The position numbers and the translations under genes are program-made. Positions 61,607-64,000 of a stretch of 64,000 nt of DNA are shown piece by piece; the first letter of the stretch is position 1; each line of letters begins with the position of its first letter. The stretch is from Squalus acanthias (lineage: Eukaryota): NCBI GenBank assembly GCA_030390025.1, contig CM059449.1, positions 2,356,001-2,420,000 on the forward strand, read 5' to 3'. Under the pieces are notes generated by a model, which saw only the letters and a program-made list of their open reading frames with translations, ran no database searches and was not told the origin of the DNA.

Positions 61607-61878
61607 CAGTAATGGGCCTGTTTCTTTTTACCTCCAATTTCAGTTTCTCATTCCATTTCCTCCTGGGTGTTTCTGTGTAATAAACATTCCCAATTGTAAC
61701 TCAGTTTGTAATCAGTGTTTGACTGGAACCCCAGCAGGGCCGGGGTCACTGAATAACCCTCCCACCCTCACCCTGCAACGTATCATCCCCGCCCAACCTG
61801 TACTGGAACGGAGTCTCTGCCCCTCCAGAGACCACAGCCTGGAATTCTTGTGCAGATATTACCCGATCGATCTGTGAG

Positions 61879-63504
61879 GTAAATCTACCCCACCTCTCAT
61901 GTTGATCTTGCTCCATATGGTGACGGGAGCAAATTATCGCCACAACTCTGATCCAGTTACTCACACTTCTATTGTGCTCGGGCCAAATATACATCACCAC
62001 GTGATAAAATCACCATCAGCATTTTTCTGTTCTCCTTTTTCTACTGGGGTTTCTGTGTTTCTATATTAGGAATTTTCTTGCTGATCTAGCTTCAAAATTG
62101 ATGCTGTTTTTCATTATTATCTTCCCCGTGTATTTGTTCATTCCACTCCTTCATTGTGGAAGCAGGGAAATTCTCGTCAGGAGCTGGTCTACTTCATTTT
62201 TAAAAATTTGTTTATTGGATGTGGGCATCGCTGGCAAGGCCAGCATTTAATGCCCATCACTAATTGTCCTTGAGAAGCTGGTGGTGAGGGTACTCCCACA
62301 GTGCTGTTAGGTAGGGAGTTCCAGGATTTTAACCCAGCGATATATTTCCAAGTCAGGATGGTGTGTGACTTGGAGGGTAACTTTGGAGGTGGTGGTGTTC
62401 CTATGCGCCTGCTGCCCTTGTCCTTCTAGGTGGAAGAGCTCGCGGGTTTGGGAGGTGCTGCCGAAGAAGCCTTGGCGAGTTGCTGCAGTGCATCTTGTAG
62501 ATGTAACCAGTTCTTCCATTTATTAACTCTCTGAACATAGAAAAACGTCCCAAGGTGCTTCACAAAGGGAAAAAAGCCAATTTTCATGAACTTACTGTGC
62601 CCGAGCGATCCAATAGCCCCAGGAACAGGGCAGTTCAGTTTGCCACCTGTGCATAAACTGGTATTGTAGATTTTCCTCCCATAAGAAATAGGAGCAGGAA
62701 TAGGCCACTTGGCCCCTCGAGCCTGCTCCGCCATTCAATAAGATCATGGCTGATCTTGGGCTCAAAGCCACTTCCCCGCCCGCTCCCCATAACCCTTCAC
62801 TCCCTTACCTTGCAAAAATTTGTCTATCTCCACCTTAAATGTATTTAATGACCCAGCTTCCACGGCTCTCTGGGGCGGTGCAGAGAAATCCACAGATTTA
62901 CGACCCTCTGAGAAGAAATTCCTCCTCATCTCAGTTTTAAAAGGGCGACCCTTTATTCTAAAACTCTGCCCCCGCGTTCTAGATTTCCCCACGAGGGGAA
63001 ACATCCTCTCTGCATCTACCTTGTCGTGCCCCCTCAGTATCTTATATGTTTCAATAAGATCACCTCTCATTCTTCTAAATTCCAATGAGTATAGGCCCAG
63101 CCTGCTCAACCTTTCCTCATGAGGCAAACCCCTCATCTCTGGAATTTACCTAGTAAATCGTCTCTGAACTGCCTCCATGCAAGTATATCCTTCCTTAAAT
63201 AAGGAGACCAAAACTGTACGCAGTACTCGAGGTGTGGTCTCACCAATACCCTGTACAGTTGTAGCAGAACTTCCCTGCTTTTATACTCCAACTCCTTTGA
63301 AATAAAGGCCAACATTCCATTTGCCTTTTTGATTACTTGCTGTACCTGCATGCTAACTTTTTGTGTTTCATGCACAAGGACCCCCAGGTCCCACTGAACA
63401 GTAGCATTTTGTAATCCCTCTCCATTTAAATAATTAGCTTTTTTATTTTTCTTGCCAAAGTGTATAACCTCGCACTTTCCCACATTATACTCCATCTGCC
63501 AAAT
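61879..63504 (-). repeat. Inverted copy of 25331-26986 (gene B last-intron segment incl. CR1 3' end)
   Basis: Reverse-complement identity including unique sequence. Confidence 0.9.
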
Positions 63505-64000
63505 AATTATAGAATCCCCTACAACTACATTACTCTTCCTCTCCTCCTCCTCCTCCCGTAGGACAGCTTCCTGCTCCAAAGTGCCATGGGCTGCATTCTG
63601 GCTGTCCTTCCGACAGTCTTTATCCTTATCCTCACAGGTAGCAAGTATATTCTACTTGTTGGATAATATCAGTTTCCATGAATCCTCGTTCCCTTTCTTA
63701 TCTGGGTTCCCCTTACTCTGCACACTATTGGTCACACCAACCCCATTCTGATCCTGCACCTCTCTACGAGGTGTGACCAAAGTCTGGAGCAAACTGTTCA
63801 GATACTCCTCCCCCTCCCTTATGTGTCGAAGTGTCTCCAACGCGCACTCCAGCTCAATGACTCTGAGCCGGAGAGAATCGAGACGGAGACATCTCCTGCA
63901 GACGTGTTCGCTCGGGACAGTCTCACTGTCCACAAACTCCCACAACCTGCTCTGCCATATCTTAGTCTAGACTTATTTTATTTATTTAATTAGTTAAAGT
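63505..64000 (-). mobile_element. CR1 ORF1 region (zinc finger/coiled coil to start of esterase) joined directly to RT
   Basis: MWEF...HVCRRC, VVVGDSII|IWQMEYN junction. Confidence 0.75.

Larger units (their letters stand above)
51712..61880 (+). repeat. Segmental duplication copy 2 (of 643-7897)
   Basis: See copy 1. Confidence 0.95.

Overview
Vertebrate genomic DNA, most likely a cartilaginous fish (shark/ray). The basis is HE1-type V-SINE, DeuSINE-type SINEs, dense CR1 LINEs and Penelope-like elements; the species cannot be determined. No prokaryotic features or CRISPR arrays are present. The window holds a butyrophilin-like (BTN/BTNL; Ig-TM-B30.2) gene cluster arranged A(+) -> <-B(-) C(+) ->, which I reconstructed exon by exon from splice sites. 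Gene A is only the 3' end and has a frameshifted B30.2 exon. Gene B looks intact, but its leader exon splices straight onto IgC with no IgV exon. Gene C has leader-IgV-IgC-TM-linker-B30.2, but its IgC exon carries an in-frame TGA and is skippable in frame. A and C are a recent segmental duplication: the stretch of intron I counted is about 98% identical, while the B30.2 and juxtamembrane exons are strongly diverged. Between the genes are a degenerate CD2/CEACAM/HEPACAM-like IgV remnant behind a CCAAT-box array, and a CpG island with an IRF site. There is also a ~790-bp palindrome carrying Penelope-type hammerhead ribozymes, a probable solo LTR, MITEs, minisatellites and many nested LINE fragments. 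Most ORFs in the supplied track are LINE fragments or antisense noise.
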